Below are positions 12,747 to 27,185 of a stretch of 64,000 nucleotides of DNA, piece by piece. The stretch spans positions 1-64,000 of the forward strand of contig NW_020844271.1 of the NCBI RefSeq assembly GCF_003704095.1, read 5' to 3'. Position numbers and translations under genes: made by a program. Numbering within the stretch: position 1 is the first letter of the stretch; every line of letters begins with the position of its first letter. The stretch is from Pocillopora damicornis (taxonomy: Eukaryota). The notes under the pieces are model-generated. The model searched no databases. It was not told where the DNA came from and saw nothing but the letters and a program-made list of their open reading frames with translations.

Positions 12747-15700
12747 ATGATCTATGTTTGTGTCGTTTTGGCATTTTCTGCTTTTAGCTTAGGAGAATCT
12801 GACATGATTTCTAGCAATAGAGACTCTCTATCTCGTCCGGTAATAACTCGCAATCATCGCCAGCTTAAAGGCTTCACGTTTAACACATTTCACTCCGAAA
12901 GCTTGGTATCATGTGGTTTGCGATGTCAGAGAAACCCTCGATGCCTGTCCACAAATTTCCGAGCAGGTTCAAGTTTTTCTGCAGAAGGAATTTGTGAGTT
13001 GAACGACGGAGAAAAAGAACTGAATTACGAGGAGGGAACAATTTATACTCAGTTTTCTGACCTGAAGGTAACACAAACAACATAGGATTCCGGCCTTTTG
13101 AAAATCGTCAGTTCTTCGAAAATTAATCAGTTTCTCCGGGAAGACCTTGATCTTAATCTTGAACTTACAAAAGCTTATCCTGATCTACATTTTAGTAAAG
13201 AAGTTAATTAAAGATAAAGCTGATTACTTTTGCTGACTACCTTACACCATATGAGTTCATATGGTTGTAAGCAATTTATTTCTTTCGACGATTTTCACAA
13301 ATAAATGCCGGATTCTTATCTTCTACAAAAGACGAAAACTCCAGGCATACAATACGCCCGAACTAACGACGAGATTTCTTCACCTAAAAACTTTACGTTT
13401 AGAAAAAACTTTTTAAAGTTCGATGAGAACTTTCACATTTGGGTAAGAATGAATGTTGCTTTGGAAATGTTTGACTGACTAGGCCATGTTAATTCTCTCA
13501 TTTTTAAATTTTAACACCTAGTTCTTATTGCTCATGAAAGTAATTTTGCCTTCAATTCGCGTTCAATGATGGCGTGTTAATTTGGAGTACCTAGATCGAC
13601 ACAATACTTAGTTTCCGACAACAACAATAAATTGTTCTCAACAACGATCGCAATTTTTTTCAAACATGCGGGGTGTTCGGTAATGACAATAAACAACAGA
13701 AACAAACAATTAACGAAATTTGTTTACCTTAACAATTAAAATAAATATCCAACCATTCCTGCCCGCAAAATAACGAAGCTAATCGAGGTAAGAGGGAAAT
13801 AAAAATTGAAATAAATTCTTCACTGGCAAGTGTGACTGAACAAATGAAATGATTCAGGGAGCATGCGTACAAACGAACAATGAAAACAGGATAAGTTATT
13901 GAAAACCGATTAGGTAATACATATTACAACTGGAATGAAATAAAACGCGGAAAAAATTATGAAGTAAAAGGATTATAGTTTTCTAAATTAATTTTGTTGA
14001 ACTATTCAATATTGTATATTTTAGTGTTTCAGTCATCATCGGATTCAATTCGAAAATATTTCGACTCAATAACTCTCATTCTGTATTATTTACACATGTT
14101 TGCAGAACGACTGTCAGCTGACCGGCTGCTTTAATGCAGGCTCGTGCACTTTCAATGATGCGTTAAAAATGTTCAACTGCGAAAGTAAGTAGGACAATGA
14201 GGAAATGTAAAGCGAGGTTTCAGTTTGACTGAAAACCGAGATCTTACATCACTCTTGACTCTTGACGGTTGGTGGGCGGAGCCTGCCGCCTTCCCGTCAT
14301 ACTCTCCTCTGGCGAGGTTCTGAGGACGAATGAGAGATGAATGGGAACGAGGGAGTAACCATGACACTTTCTAGATAGAATTTTTTCAAACAAAGTAGTA
14401 GGATGGGTTTTCAAACAAGCTAGAAGCTGGTATTTGAGAGTACTTTTTGCTGTGCGATGAAACTTGCACGACGTGTTAGTAATGAAAAGGAGCCTCTTTA
14501 TGGGAATTATAGGTAAGTTTAGGCTAAGAAACAGGATAATTTTAATTTTATCAAATGAGTTATTCTTTACGCTGGGTAGTTTGTTTAAAAAATAATTTTC
14601 ATCATTTTTTCAATGCAGCGTGCCAAGTGCCACTCGGCATGGAAAGCGGAGTTATTCTTGACCAGCAAATCAGCGCCTCGTCAAGTTACGATTATGCATA
14701 CAGCGCGCGTAATGGCAGGTTAAACTTCACGCCGGTCAGAGGTAGGGCTGGGGGGTGGTTATCACAATATCTAGACACTGCTCAGTGGTTTCAAGTGGAT
14801 TTGCTGAAAACAACGAGGGTGACAGGCATAGCGACTCAAGGGAGATCTGGGTTCAACCATTGGATTACGAAATACAAACTACAATATGGCGATGATGGAA
14901 AGACCTTCAGATTTTACACAAGTTATGGAGAGAATTTGGACAAAGTATGAAATTCGTCCTTATATATAATTTACATAAAAACCTAGCCTACGAGCAGACC
15001 CTTGTCATTAGTACTTCGGTGCATGCGTTTCTTTACTTGTGGGAAAGTACGTGGTCTTGTGTAACACTAGCCTACGAGTGATCTGAAAGAGTTCTGGCAT
15101 AGCCTACGTGTAGCCGTACCCTCCCCTCACCCAGGGTGAAACGGAGGCGAGGGGGGAGAGGGTAAGGCTACACGAAGGCTAGTTCTGATAAACCCCGGCA
15201 AACCCCGGCAAACTTCTCCACGACTAGCCTCAAATCTTCCTGCAGCCAGAAAAACACGGGTGCTGCAGCCCTAATGATGAGGGGCTCCTCACGAAGCGGA
15301 CACAAGGCTTGGTATTACTGGATTAATTGTTGTAACGACAATAGAAATACCTCGGCAGAGGAAACATTCAAATATCTTAAATTTCTAAAACCACTAAGCT
15401 CTGAATTTAACAGAAGCGAAGAGATGTGAGTGTTTCAGTTTCATTCGAAAATTTTGAAAGGATATCGTTAAGACCTCATGCCCCCAACCCCTCCCCCCCC
15501 TTTGGATACAAGCGGGTTGTGGACGTCCTCTTTTTCCTAAGCAATGATAGGACAGCTCTAAGGTGTTGATTAGTTTTACCAAGGTGTTGGTTCCAAACCA
15601 CCATGATTAGAATTTATCATGATGATTGTCAGAATCGAGTTGAGGACGGTTGTATCTGAATCTAGATCGCGTTTTTGTTTTTGTTTTTTTCACTTAACGC

Positions 15701-15843
15701 AGGTTTTCCTGGGAAACACAGACAGGGACACAGTTGTGTATCACGATCTTAACCCGGTCATTGATGCTCGCTTCGTTCGAGTTCTTCCCATGGAATGGGA
15801 GCGGTACATCTCCATGAGATTCGAACTCTATGGTTGTAAATAG
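12747..15843 (+). CDS. Secreted PAN/apple + truncated EGF + F5/8 type C (discoidin) protein, ~288 aa, 4 exons
   Basis: Exons 12747-13067, 14106-14184, 14619-14944 and 15703-15843, all GT-AG with consistent phases (0,1,0). Signal peptide MIYVCVVLAFSAFSLG; PAN SCGLRCQRNPRCLSTNF..CELN; discoidin CQVPLGMESG..QWFQVDL..GIATQG..MRFELYGC. Confidence 0.8.
15100..15181. mobile_element. Short hairpin MITE
   Basis: Terminal inverted repeat tagcctacgtgtagcc / ggctacacgaaggcta; further tagcctacg ends at 14984 and 15068. Confidence 0.6.
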
Positions 15844-16769
15844 CTGTTAAGGTGAGAAAAACCTTATTGAGCACTCCCCCCCCCCCCTCCCCAATCTCCT
15901 CACGTTATTTTTAGTGGTAACAAAATTTTGAGTCGTTTTGGGATAATGAGAGCAGTTGAATTCTTTTCCACGGAGAGAATTGGTTACCAATTAAACAGAA
16001 CTTACTTCTGGCTGTTAAGAACTGGTCCTCCGCCTGACTTGACGCAGCTGCTATGACGTAAGTATTGATTTATAGTACTAATGGACTGAGTGGAGTTCAA
16101 TTCAGGCTGTAATCTTACGGCTGATTAACAAATCGGGCGGCCGCGAAGCGGGAGTCCGATTTCTCCATCACGAGTATGATTACAGACAGAATTGGACGAC
16201 AACTAATCAAAACTATGACAAAATTCGGAAAAGAAACTAGACATCAGTACGTTTTCATAAAAAAACAACACCTAGTTAACTCGGCGAAATGCCAGACAAA
16301 AGCGCACATAACGCGTTCTCTCCACTTCCACAGGCATGACGTGTTAATTGCCCCTTTAACTGTCCTTCTACAACGTCCAATTACAAGCATGACCCGTACA
16401 CTGTCCTAAGTGTTCAAATCGGGCTGGTGATAACCAATCACGTTCGAAATTTTTGTTACAGTTTTGATTAATTCTTATAAAAGAAGCAGAAGCCCAATTC
16501 TTCATAGGCTCATGGCGGAAGGGGCCACAGAGGGGTAACATTTCATTGGATTCCACCCAGTTCCCTTTTGATGAGTATGGCTAAAAATACTCTCTTGAAA
16601 TGACGTTTTTGTTTCTTTGTTTTCGTCCTTGTAGACAAACAACACACCCCCCAAAAAAGGCGAAGATCTTGTGTGCTATTGCCGGAATGGAGACGAAAGG
16701 TTCTAGTGGAATTGAAAATGCATCTGTTCAGCAACATTGACCCGTGTTCGACAATGCACGATCATCTGA

Positions 16770-16853
16770 CCTCTGTCGATTCTTTAATTATGATAATCCA
16801 CGAAATGAATCCCTCTGTCGATTCTTTAATTATGATAATCCACGAAATGAATC
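16770..16853. repeat. Perfect 42-bp tandem duplication
   Basis: cctctgtcgattctttaattatgataatccacgaaatgaatc x2. Confidence 0.9.
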
Positions 16854-16887
16854 AATTTTGTGTCAATTTTGTGAGTAAGTGTCAGGA

Positions 16888-17090
16888 TAGACTGCGAGCA
16901 GTTCTTTCTTTTCATCGAATCAAAGTCCTTGCGAGTCAAAGAAAATTAGTGAGAAAAAAATATTGATGCTAGCGCGTCGCTCCTAAATTTCCGCGCGGTT
17001 TGCTGGCATCGTTTTTCATTTTTTTGTTAACAGATTCTTTTTAACCTGCGCGAAGTACTAAGGCAAAAAGGAAGGACTGTTCGCAGTCTA
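16888..17090. mobile_element. MITE with terminal inverted repeats
   Basis: tagactgcgagcagttctttctttt ... aaaaggaaggactgttcgcagtcta. Confidence 0.65.
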
Positions 17091-20000
17091 GTGTAAGGGG
17101 GGGCTCGGGGCAACATCATTTTGTATAGAGTGAGAAAAGGCTCGATGCTCTGTGACATTTCCCCCTTCCCCCACCACCCATGCTCCGCGAACTGGTTGCT
17201 TTCAGAAACTCAGAGGAAATTAAAATAGTTTTTCTCATCACAAAATTGGTTTTAAAGACTTAAGAAAGATTTACGACTTTCCTAGTGGCCAATTGGCTCA
17301 CAAGGGACGACTTGCAGCAATCATGCGAAAATTCATTGAGTAACAAAGTGTTATGGCACTCAACTAAATCTGAAAACTGGTCTTCAGGTCAGCAGGACGG
17401 AAAACGGTTGTGAAAAAAAGGAATGTTTTGAAATGAAAAAGGTGAAGATTTGGAGAACCGAGCCGCACACCACTATTTGGAAACCAAGGACCACTCCTTC
17501 AAAATGAAATTCATCCTCAGTCATTGAAATCATTGACAACTTGTTAAGTATAAATGTCTGGTTAATTTAAAGCTCTCAACAACATTTTCAAACGTTTCCT
17601 TTATTTTTTACATTCCAGAAGCCAAAGCAATAGCAATTATTTTTAATTATCTTCTGAAAATTTAACGAGGTTGCACAATAATTTAACCATCGTTTAAAAG
17701 CACCTTTTAAAACATGTTACTAAATGCATTATGCCTACAGGAGGTACATTATTTAGTGTACAATAACTAGTTGATAACACTCAACAAATCTGGGGTCTAA
17801 TTATATACAAGTAAATATCTGCTAAAATTAAAAAGCCTCTCTGCTATACACAGTACTGAGATAAAGGTACTTTGACGTTTCATTAAACTCTGTGGAATGA
17901 ATCGGAAATGTTTGAGTTTGGTTGTTGTGGTGGTTTACTATATCAATTATCCTGAATGAGTTATACCACGTTATTAATTGACATATTTATCAACTGATCC
18001 AGGCTTTTGTTGTAAGCTTTAGCAACTACATCTTCCTTTATTAAACTGTGGTTAATTCTCTCAAGGAAATGTGCTTCACTTCCCTATGAGCTATCTTAGA
18101 GGAAGCCCGCTGAATGAATCCAAAATAATGTGAACTGTATTGTAAAACAAAGAGAAAATTACTCAAGAACATATTTCAACCATTGTATCTGAAGAGAGAG
18201 GAATCACTGGAGAGAAAAGGAAATTTCAAATGATATTGCAAATTCTTTATATTTCAATGGTCAACTCATTGCATGCAATGCTATACGCGACCTACTAAAA
18301 CAACTAGTGAAATTCTGAAGTGGAATAACAAAGCAAAGAGATAACATGACCTGTTAAACAATTGCTGAAGCTAAGGCACAGGATGACTGGAGAGTAGAAG
18401 CACAAAGCAAGATTCTTGGACAGTCAAAATTTACTTTCTTATGGCAGGAGTGCAGAAAGTGACCTTAAGATTTCTATGAACCAGGCTATGGGGTGAAGAG
18501 TACTTCAGCTTTGGTGAGCTATGACACACTTCATATCTTTACTTTCATAATAAATTGCAATTTTTAGCTTTCCTATTTTATGACATTCAGTTCGGGATTT
18601 TTAAACATTTCTTTGTTTTTTCTTAAGCCTTGCCATTTCAGCTTATAGTAGTTTTCCAGTTTGAGAAATACTTATGCTATTGCCCCTTAAAAACTAACCC
18701 CTTTTCTTAGTGTTTCACCCTGAAGAAGCTTGCTAAGTATGCCATTCAAGTTCAAAGCATCAGACCTATTGCTACTTATTGCTTTTTCTTCAAAGCTCCT
18801 AGTACAGGTACCACCATGTTTAGTTCCTTGACCCTTCACACCCTAACATCATTGTATATATTCTCCATACTGTTCTACATACATTTCCTAAGGTGCTGAC
18901 AAGGAGAATTTGTTTAAAAATCAAGAGCTCCCTTACATGGTGACGATTTCCTTCACTCTTGTTACTTTAATGTCTGATTCAGGGGTGATATTGTAGGGAG
19001 ATGCCAGTCAATCCCAGTGGTCAAAGGAGTATTCATTGGGGATTTTTTAAAAACAATGTTTTAAATACAAAAATAAAATACATGTTCTGTAATTAATAAA
19101 TCAACAGGAAAAAATTCAACAATTTTACCTCCACTCAGCATTGTTTAAATTCTTTAGAGTGAAATTTTTTCTACAATTGTTTAAAAATCGCAGATTGATG
19201 AAGCGTAATGTGAAATAAGATAGAAATTGTACATAACAGATGAAACAAATGGCATTTATAATTGCACCTGATAAGCAACAAATGATCAGATATAGCCAAA
19301 GAAATATAACCTGAAAATATTGCCAACTGATGATAATTTTTACCTTGTAGCAATGGCCTTCTAGTGTTACCTATCTTAATGCCTCATGAGGATGTTTGGA
19401 ATTTTAAAAAAAATTTCAATTTAAACTTTGTCCAGCTTTTCTTCAGGGAACAGCAAAATGAGTGGTAGTCCTGATCATAGAATTGTGTCACATATCAATT
19501 TTAAATCTATAAGAATAGCAATTATAGTTACTAAAATATATCTACATATACATCTACATGTTAAAATAATATTCAGCTGCTGTACAGCCAAAAAGCAACA
19601 ACACTGTTCTTATTGCAAAACCACAACACAGCAAGACAACAACTTTTTTTGTGTGCTACTCGTGAATGATATGATTTAACCTAATAATTTTGTGAAGGGC
19701 CTACCTCATGCAATACCAATAACACACGACATTTTATCCACTGAATTTATAAAACAAGGAAACAGTCTTATCTATTTCCTAAAAGTTGCAAGTATTCTAA
19801 AAAAAGTGTTTTAGTTGTAGTCCAGAAAATATATTATTTGCTTTCCACCTTTCCTACAAAAGGCCTCTTGTAGCACACAGTTGTAGAACACACCCAGAGT
19901 TAATTTAAGAAACCAAATTTAGTGCTCCCCATTAATCAAAAATGTTGCCAAAACATTTTGCTGCCATGGGATTGAGGTTGAACTGGATTGCCTTCAGCAC

Positions 20001-20814
20001 AGGTTTCAATAACAAAAAAAATCATCTATGAGAAAGGCACTACTTTCAATAAACAGCAAATCAGCTTCTTCTCCTAATGGTCCAAATTCCAATGCTGTTT
20101 GAAAACACCACGATACCTAAGCTACTGTAAACTTGTCATATTCTGCAAATTCTTGAGGAAAGTGCATAGCCTAGAAAAAAAATACATCACTTTAAGCAAA
20201 AAATTACTTATATTACTGTAGTTATTTTCAAATGCAGGAGACTACCTTTAATTTGCTACATTGCTAACAAGTACAAACTTTTATGTCACGGTGGCAAAGG
20301 GGCTCACTTTCTGCCACTGTGATCCAGCATCAATTCCCACACCTCGAATCACATGACAGCCAAGTTTGTGATTAGGCATCTCCTTGCTCAGAGGGTCATG
20401 TAATTTTTATTATTTCAGAGATGTCTGATAGGGCCAGTTACCTTGAGCAGAATGATTACAAGAAAAGCAAGCTTCACACAACAGTACTAAATAAATACAT
20501 TTGGGCATTCAAAAGTATGGCTGGCAGCCATTGCCTACTCTTTTCATTAATTCATGAATCTGACTCCACACTTTCTCAATTTCATCAAACCTTTTTAAGG
20601 ACACACCCAGGGGAAGAAAGAGAGTTTGCTAGAACCTTTTGATACCCTGAAGCAAGGATTACATGTAGGCACTGTTTTCCCAAAGTGAACATCACAAATG
20701 ACCCCAACAAGTAGCTCATATGCTTCTCTCATGCTCACTAAACTTCCCGTGTGCATCCTTAGCTCCATGTACACACCCTAAGTATGAACCAATTGTTAAA
20801 TAAAACTCACATTA

Positions 20815-23800
20815 CTAATCTGTTGGATGTTCAGGACATGACCTGTTCACCTGGAACCAATTGTCAATACAACTGTAAAACAAAGCAAAAAAGACAGACA
20901 GAAAGTGAGTATAACATGAAGAGGAATATCCACACATTATNNNNNNNNNNNNNNNNNNNNNNNNNNNNNNNNNNNNNNNNNNNNNNNNNNNNNNNNNNNN
21001 NNNNNNNNNNNNNNNNNNNNNNNNNNNNNNNNNNNNNNNNNNNNNNNNNNNNNNNNNNNNNNNNNNNNNNNNNNNNNNNNNNNNNNNNNNNNNNNNNNNN
21101 NNNNNNNNNNNNNNNNNNNNNNNNNNNNNNNNNNNNNNNNNNNNNNNNNNNNNNNNNNNNNNNNNNNNNNNNNNNNNNNNNNNNNNNNNNNNNNNNNNNN
21201 NNNNNNNNNNNNNNNNNNNNNNNNNNNNNNNCTTCTCAAGAAAAACATGGTGTACCTCTTATGATATACACACAAACAAGGCAGCCTTGCTATAGTATCA
21301 CCTGCCAGAAACATAAGTAAATAAATAAACAAATGCATTAACAAAGAAAGATATACAGAAAATGGAGGAAATTGGTGCCAAAACTATTTTTTCATGCTAC
21401 ACACTACACCTCAGAAAATTCAACCCTTTCACTCCCTAAAATGGTCATATTCTTGTCATAATTTTGTGACAAGTATAAAGCAAATGTAATTTAAAAATTA
21501 GGAGAAAACCTGTTGGTATTCAACACTAAATTCTCATGACTACATGTTGCTGAAAATGAAACCTGCAGCTATTCAGTCATCAGTTGGGGGAATCAGTCTT
21601 CATATCTTGAAAATGAAAGGAGTACACTTTGTTACCAGAACCTAGTGCTGAAGTCTGCTTTCCCAGCCAATTCTTTAACAAAATTTATAACAAAAGTGGA
21701 ATACTGGACAGACAACAATCACTTTAAAGAAGACAAACTGGACATTGCTATTGACTGGGATGATAATGAACAGGACTAACAGAGGATTGACAAAGTTATT
21801 ATTTCAATAGTCTTTATGTTCCACAAAGAGATAAATAGCCTTCAAATAGCTACTGCATAGCTGCTTATTTTTAACAGAGCCTTATAAAAGGCTATCTTCA
21901 TTTTACTGGTAAAATGAATGATTTCTAAACACAATTTGATTTGCAGTTTACAAGAAACATCTCATACCTATACTCAAGTCTTCAAAACATATAACACACT
22001 CTCCATTGTCTTGTTTAAGCACATCCTCTAAAGAGAGATTAATGAATTCATGTTCAGAATAAATCTTATCCCTAGTCGAAGTCAATAAATTAGCAGAATT
22101 TAAAATCTACCAATACTCTACACCCCTCAATACCTTAAATTATCAAACAAGCAATGCAGTTTTCTGAAAGGAGAAAAATGAACCACTCAATATGACTGTT
22201 CAACAACAATCTGTGATTAGGTTTGAGTGCAGTGGCTTAGTATGCTGGGGTCTGACATATTACAGTTTAACAGTAATGCCACTACTAAGCCAAATTTAAA
22301 ATGGTGGCATCCATAGTTACATTTTCAACATATTTGCAGATAATTTTTAAAAACTTTGGTTACCCTGTGGACTGTCAAGATGCATTCAGAGTCTTAATTT
22401 CACACTCTACTTTTAAAGGGTAAGATAAAACCATAAGGCTCTAGAGGATACTTGTCCTTTGAGAAGAAATGAAAATGATCATCTGTCTAGTTTTGCCACA
22501 AAAAATGATAAGTTACATACCACAAACCAGCAAATGTATAGTATTGAAATAATAATAATGACATAATGACACATTTTGTAACTTTGGAGTGCTCAATAGA
22601 CAATTTTTCCAAGGTTAAATCAATTCCATACACAAATCAGCTCTCCAAGTTGCCGTATTTAAGTCACTAAATATGAAATGAGGAACTTAAAAATGGCTCT
22701 ATGTTAAATAAAAATGAAGTAGCCCATCACATCAAGCACATCCTACATGGTTGATTTTGTAAAATCTCTAGCAGCTGAAGGTCTGGTAAACACATCATAA
22801 TCCTGGCTTGTGATTTTAGATTCTATAATGTTAGTAAGTCAGATAAAAACCAAGATTACATTCTCAGTAACACATCCTGAAATCAAAGACTCAATTTTTT
22901 GACCTCCAAGTCAAAGTAGCTTACTAATTGATCAATAACTGCTGCAGTTGACAATAATCAAGTCAAAATTCCGGACGCTATCAACCCTAAGGTTTCCTCT
23001 CAAATTATCAACTTAAGTCTAAAACACTGAGCCAAATACATCTTTTTCCAAAGTGACAATAACAAACAGAAGAGTCACACAAACCTTTATTCTGAAAAGT
23101 AAATAAGATGGAGGATTTTCAAAGCAGAACAGGAATTAAATGCTGGAAACCAAAGTTTTCACTACCAAGTCATTAGGGAAGATTATTTTTTTCAGAAAAT
23201 CTATAAAAGACCGGTTTACTCTTTTAAACTCACATGATCCTAATAATGTAAGATACAGTGGAATTTTGCTAACCCAAGCTTGGAACACGATTTCTGTAGA
23301 ATCAAGACTGATACCATTTACTGTGAAAAAATTTAAGACATAGGCAACAAGCTAATGCAAACTACCCTTTATCTTTAGTAGTTTTCCATCTCAGTGAGTA
23401 GTTTGAGTAGCAAATTCTACTGTAGCTAATTTGTGATGTGGACATATTACTGCATTGTCTGGTTCGACACCTATCAGCATAATCAATATAAACATCCATT
23501 TACGAAGGGACAGGCTTTGAATGTGACTTGTATAACTTTACTTGGTTTGGTTATTATCTGGGGACAGAGAATTCTCCAGCGAGGTCACAAAATTTTTTGG
23601 CAACATGTCAACAGTTTACTGTTTGTTCAGATTTGGAGAAAGTTCTCTTGTTCTTTGGACCAATCTCCTGCTACTGCATTTCCCAGTATTTTTCAGTAAC
23701 CCAAACAAACCACAGCTATCAGTATTAATCAACTTCTATTATGACTGTAGGAAATGGGTTTTATCTTAGTCTGACAAAGGATAACATTTCATGGCTCAAT

Positions 23801-25592
23801 TCTTGATTCAAAGGTTACTCTTATATCAGTTATTGCAATGTACAACGTCATGTGCACACATGCCCAAGCAGACTATTTTTGCATGACATTATCTCAGAAA
23901 ACTTTTAATAGCTCATGTCCTGGACTGTCTATCATGAAAAGAGCTTTAAAGATAAAAAAAAATTGGAAAAAAGATATAAAAAAAGAGATGTCTTGAAGTG
24001 CACCTTTGACAATTGTTATATATAAAAATTGCACTGCCACAAATTCAGGGCATGAATCAGATTTTGGTGCAACAAGTAAAACTTCCAAAACACAGCCATT
24101 TGATCAAAGGAAAATAAAATAGAACATGTACTGACGCTGAATAACAAGCTATTTCGTGTTTGTTCAGGAATATAATAAAATATTACAAAATTACAAATTC
24201 ACAAAGTAAAATCGAAACATCGAGAATAGGAGATAATGTGATATCTCTGAAACAAATAATCAATAATTTTAGAGAGTGTAAATTTTGCAATTAGGAAAAA
24301 ATGAAACGCGATTGGCTTCATCAATATGTAAATGAAGTGTTCAAAATATAATGTGTGCCGTAGGAAAATTTACACTAAGAAAATAGCCATAAAAGTTAAA
24401 CCTGTACCAAACAACGAAAGTTACATACGTTACAATATCACTTTTCATATTTCTTTGGTTGTGGGAAAAATTTGAATGATTTTACCACTCGCTGGAAGGT
24501 TCCATATTATACTATAACACAAAAATGACAAAAAATTGACAAAACTCATCAACGATCGCCCGGCATAAATGAATTCACCTGCGTTGAAAATAGGAACAAT
24601 TCTCATATTTTTATGGACAAGCCTCTTCAATGACCGTGCTGACCGAGAAAGATGGATAGTTTAAATAATCGTGCAATCCAGAAACCATCGTTATGTCATC
24701 ATCGAGTTTGAACTGTATCAAATTGAATATACAAAGAAAAAGACGAATTCTTTTCAAATTCGGACAAAAATTCTTTGTTTGTTTCTAAAAAGAAATATTT
24801 ATTGCCAAGGTTTATGTGGAATATAGAAATACTGTATGAACCATTCTTCCGCCCGAACCCACAAATTAGAATTCTGAAGTGGCAAAGAGATTTCAGCTGA
24901 CAGTATGAGACAACAAATTGATCCAAGGTTCCCGTGCCGGACAAGAGTTAACTTTATGAACGCAGTTTTTAACATGTTTGAGATCAGACGAATCAGAATT
25001 CATTAAAAACTTACCGTTGTACGTAATTCGAGGCTTGGTGAGGCAAATTACCAAATGAAGCTCAATATCTTCAGCCAAAATTACTTTCGAGCAGACGGGA
25101 CATTTCACCCCTACAAAGAAAATTTAATCACAAAATATGGTCGCGTTCAAACTGCACGAATCGTCAAAACGACAAGATTAGGCTTTAACCTGTAAGTAAA
25201 TAGTCTCACTTCACCCAACTACCCGACTGATTATCGTATTTGGTTAAATACTAGCCAATCCCGGAGGAAAGGACAATATATTTGATCTTACCGTTTAAAA
25301 ACGTAGTGTAAGCGAACAAATGCGAAGGGAGCGAGTGCGCTCCCTGCAGGGCAAGTCCTCGCGGCGACGGAGAGTTATCCTCTGGCGAAGAAGACAAATC
25401 AGACTCCTGAAAGGAAGCCGAATGGCCAGGAATCGATAAAGAATGTCCAACATTGTTTAATGAACGAGTTCGTATTCTCGGATCCAGCGCAACAACCCTT
25501 GAAGTCTCTGGTAAGCCGGCGGTCGCAACAGCTCCGTTGCCGACGTTGCGTGCGTTTGTTCGCCCATTGTGGCTGGATTGCTTCGCTCCCAT
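20815..25592 (-). CDS. ZNRF1: E3 ubiquitin ligase ZNRF1/ZNRF2 orthologue, 186 aa, 5 coding exons
   Basis: Exons 25592-25292, 25110-25015, 22027-21968, 21301-21256 and 20872-20815, all GT-AG and in frame. Myristoylation-type MGAKQS start, RTRS motif, UBZ finger KCPVCSK..HLVICLTKPRITYN, RING-H2 ECVICFEDL..IARLPCLCVYHKSCIDNWFQVNRSCPEHPTD*. Confidence 0.93.
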
Positions 25593-27185
25593 AATATTCA
25601 ATCGCGTCAAAAATTTCCAAAGAGCCTAAGCTGCCCTAGCAGCACCAAGAGAGAACATTTACATGATATTCTCAGATAGAGAAAATGAGACTATTCTCTC
25701 CTCGGCCTTCATGGTTCCTAATCACGATGTTTTTGTTTGGAAACTGCTAAGGAGTTTGGCCGCACTGCCTGATGGGATGTTTCTTTTCGTCACGCCACAA
25801 GATGGCGACCAATCGTGAACAGTCCTTCAATTTCCCTTTCCTCCTTTCAGTTTCTCGTACTTCGTCTAGACTAATCCAGACTGAATTGCCTAAAATGTCA
25901 TTTTCTTTGATAAGAAGCCCAAACAGAAACATCTGTTGAGCTGAAGTTGAAAAAAATTTAATTCAACCTTACTACTGACTGATCTATCGAAAGGAAAAAA
26001 TTCAGTGGAGATGAAAAACTCACCACACTACACGCACGAGACTATGCCGCGTGTCCCTAAGTCACGAGTTTTCGATTTGTGTTTCTCTCTTTTTTTTCTT
26101 TTCTTTTTCCATCGACCCTCAATTTAGACCATGGCTTCAGATGATCAGCTGACTATCATTCGCTTCCATCTGGCCTCTTATTCTCACGTGCTAGACCGCT
26201 ATGAATCGACATACGTCGCCAACTTGTGCCATCAACGTGTACACCAGTCTTCATTTTTCGTGCCTCGTAAGCAGTGTTCTTCGTTTAATATTTAAGAATT
26301 TTCGACATGAGTGATATAATCGAAAATAAACACCCGCACTGGCCGTGCAATATGTGAGAAATATACGTCTGCTGCTGTCTACACGTGAGGTCAACATGAC
26401 CGGATATCGTCGATTTTTTTTTTGTTTTGTTTTGTTTTTTTGTTCTTTTGTTTATTTGCTTTTTTTTCACTTTTATAAGGACCAAACGGAAGCAGAAATT
26501 ACGAGGCTAGACCGGTAAAAAAAGGATTCATTACATGGCCGAAAATAAAATGCAAAAATTAATAATTGACGAAACTCGTCATCGCAAAAACAGAAAGTTC
26601 AATATCAAAAAGTAAATCCGTGTGGATATAATTTAAGTAAGCTGGATATAATTGAATTTAAACGTCTCGCCTTCTTTCGGCTCTGTTATCTTAGACTGAT
26701 TGGTTTACTGTAAAGGCGAGAAAGACACTTGAAGATCGACAAATTACGACGCTGTTGGGAAACTCATAACCGTTATATCATAGTCACATGTCCTTCTATA
26801 GGATCCTTTACTCCCATGGTGCCTCTCTCGCCCCGGGAAAGCAAACTTTTGGAAAAACCCAGCCACCACTTAGATCAGTGAGCTAGTAAGCTTGTATAAT
26901 CAGACTCACAGTTAGAAAATGAGAAGTACTGAATAAAGGCAAGGGCGGGGAAAAAAGCGACTAAATCCAGGTGACTGTGATCTGTGAAGTAGAGGGCAAT
27001 TGAAGTGAATCATTCCAGGGTAAGCTAACCTTCCTTTAAAAAAAATTTAAAAAATAAAAAAAAAAAAGGGAAAAGACGGTCATCCTTATCCTGTGCGATC
27101 GGCTTCAACGTTTTGATCAGCATTTCAGTGAAGAGGCTGATCAATATCTCATTGCCAACCATTCTAAGGGCCTATTCTAGTCACC

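Noticed and set aside
16770-16853. CRISPR-like or other prokaryotic repeat array
   Set aside because: Two abutting copies with no spacers in a eukaryotic context; no CRISPR, operon or prokaryotic system is evident anywhere in the window.
25798-25810. YY1/Kozak-like caagatggcg near the ZNRF promoter as the start of a divergent gene
   Set aside because: The ORF is short with no splice donor or motif; at most a promoter element.
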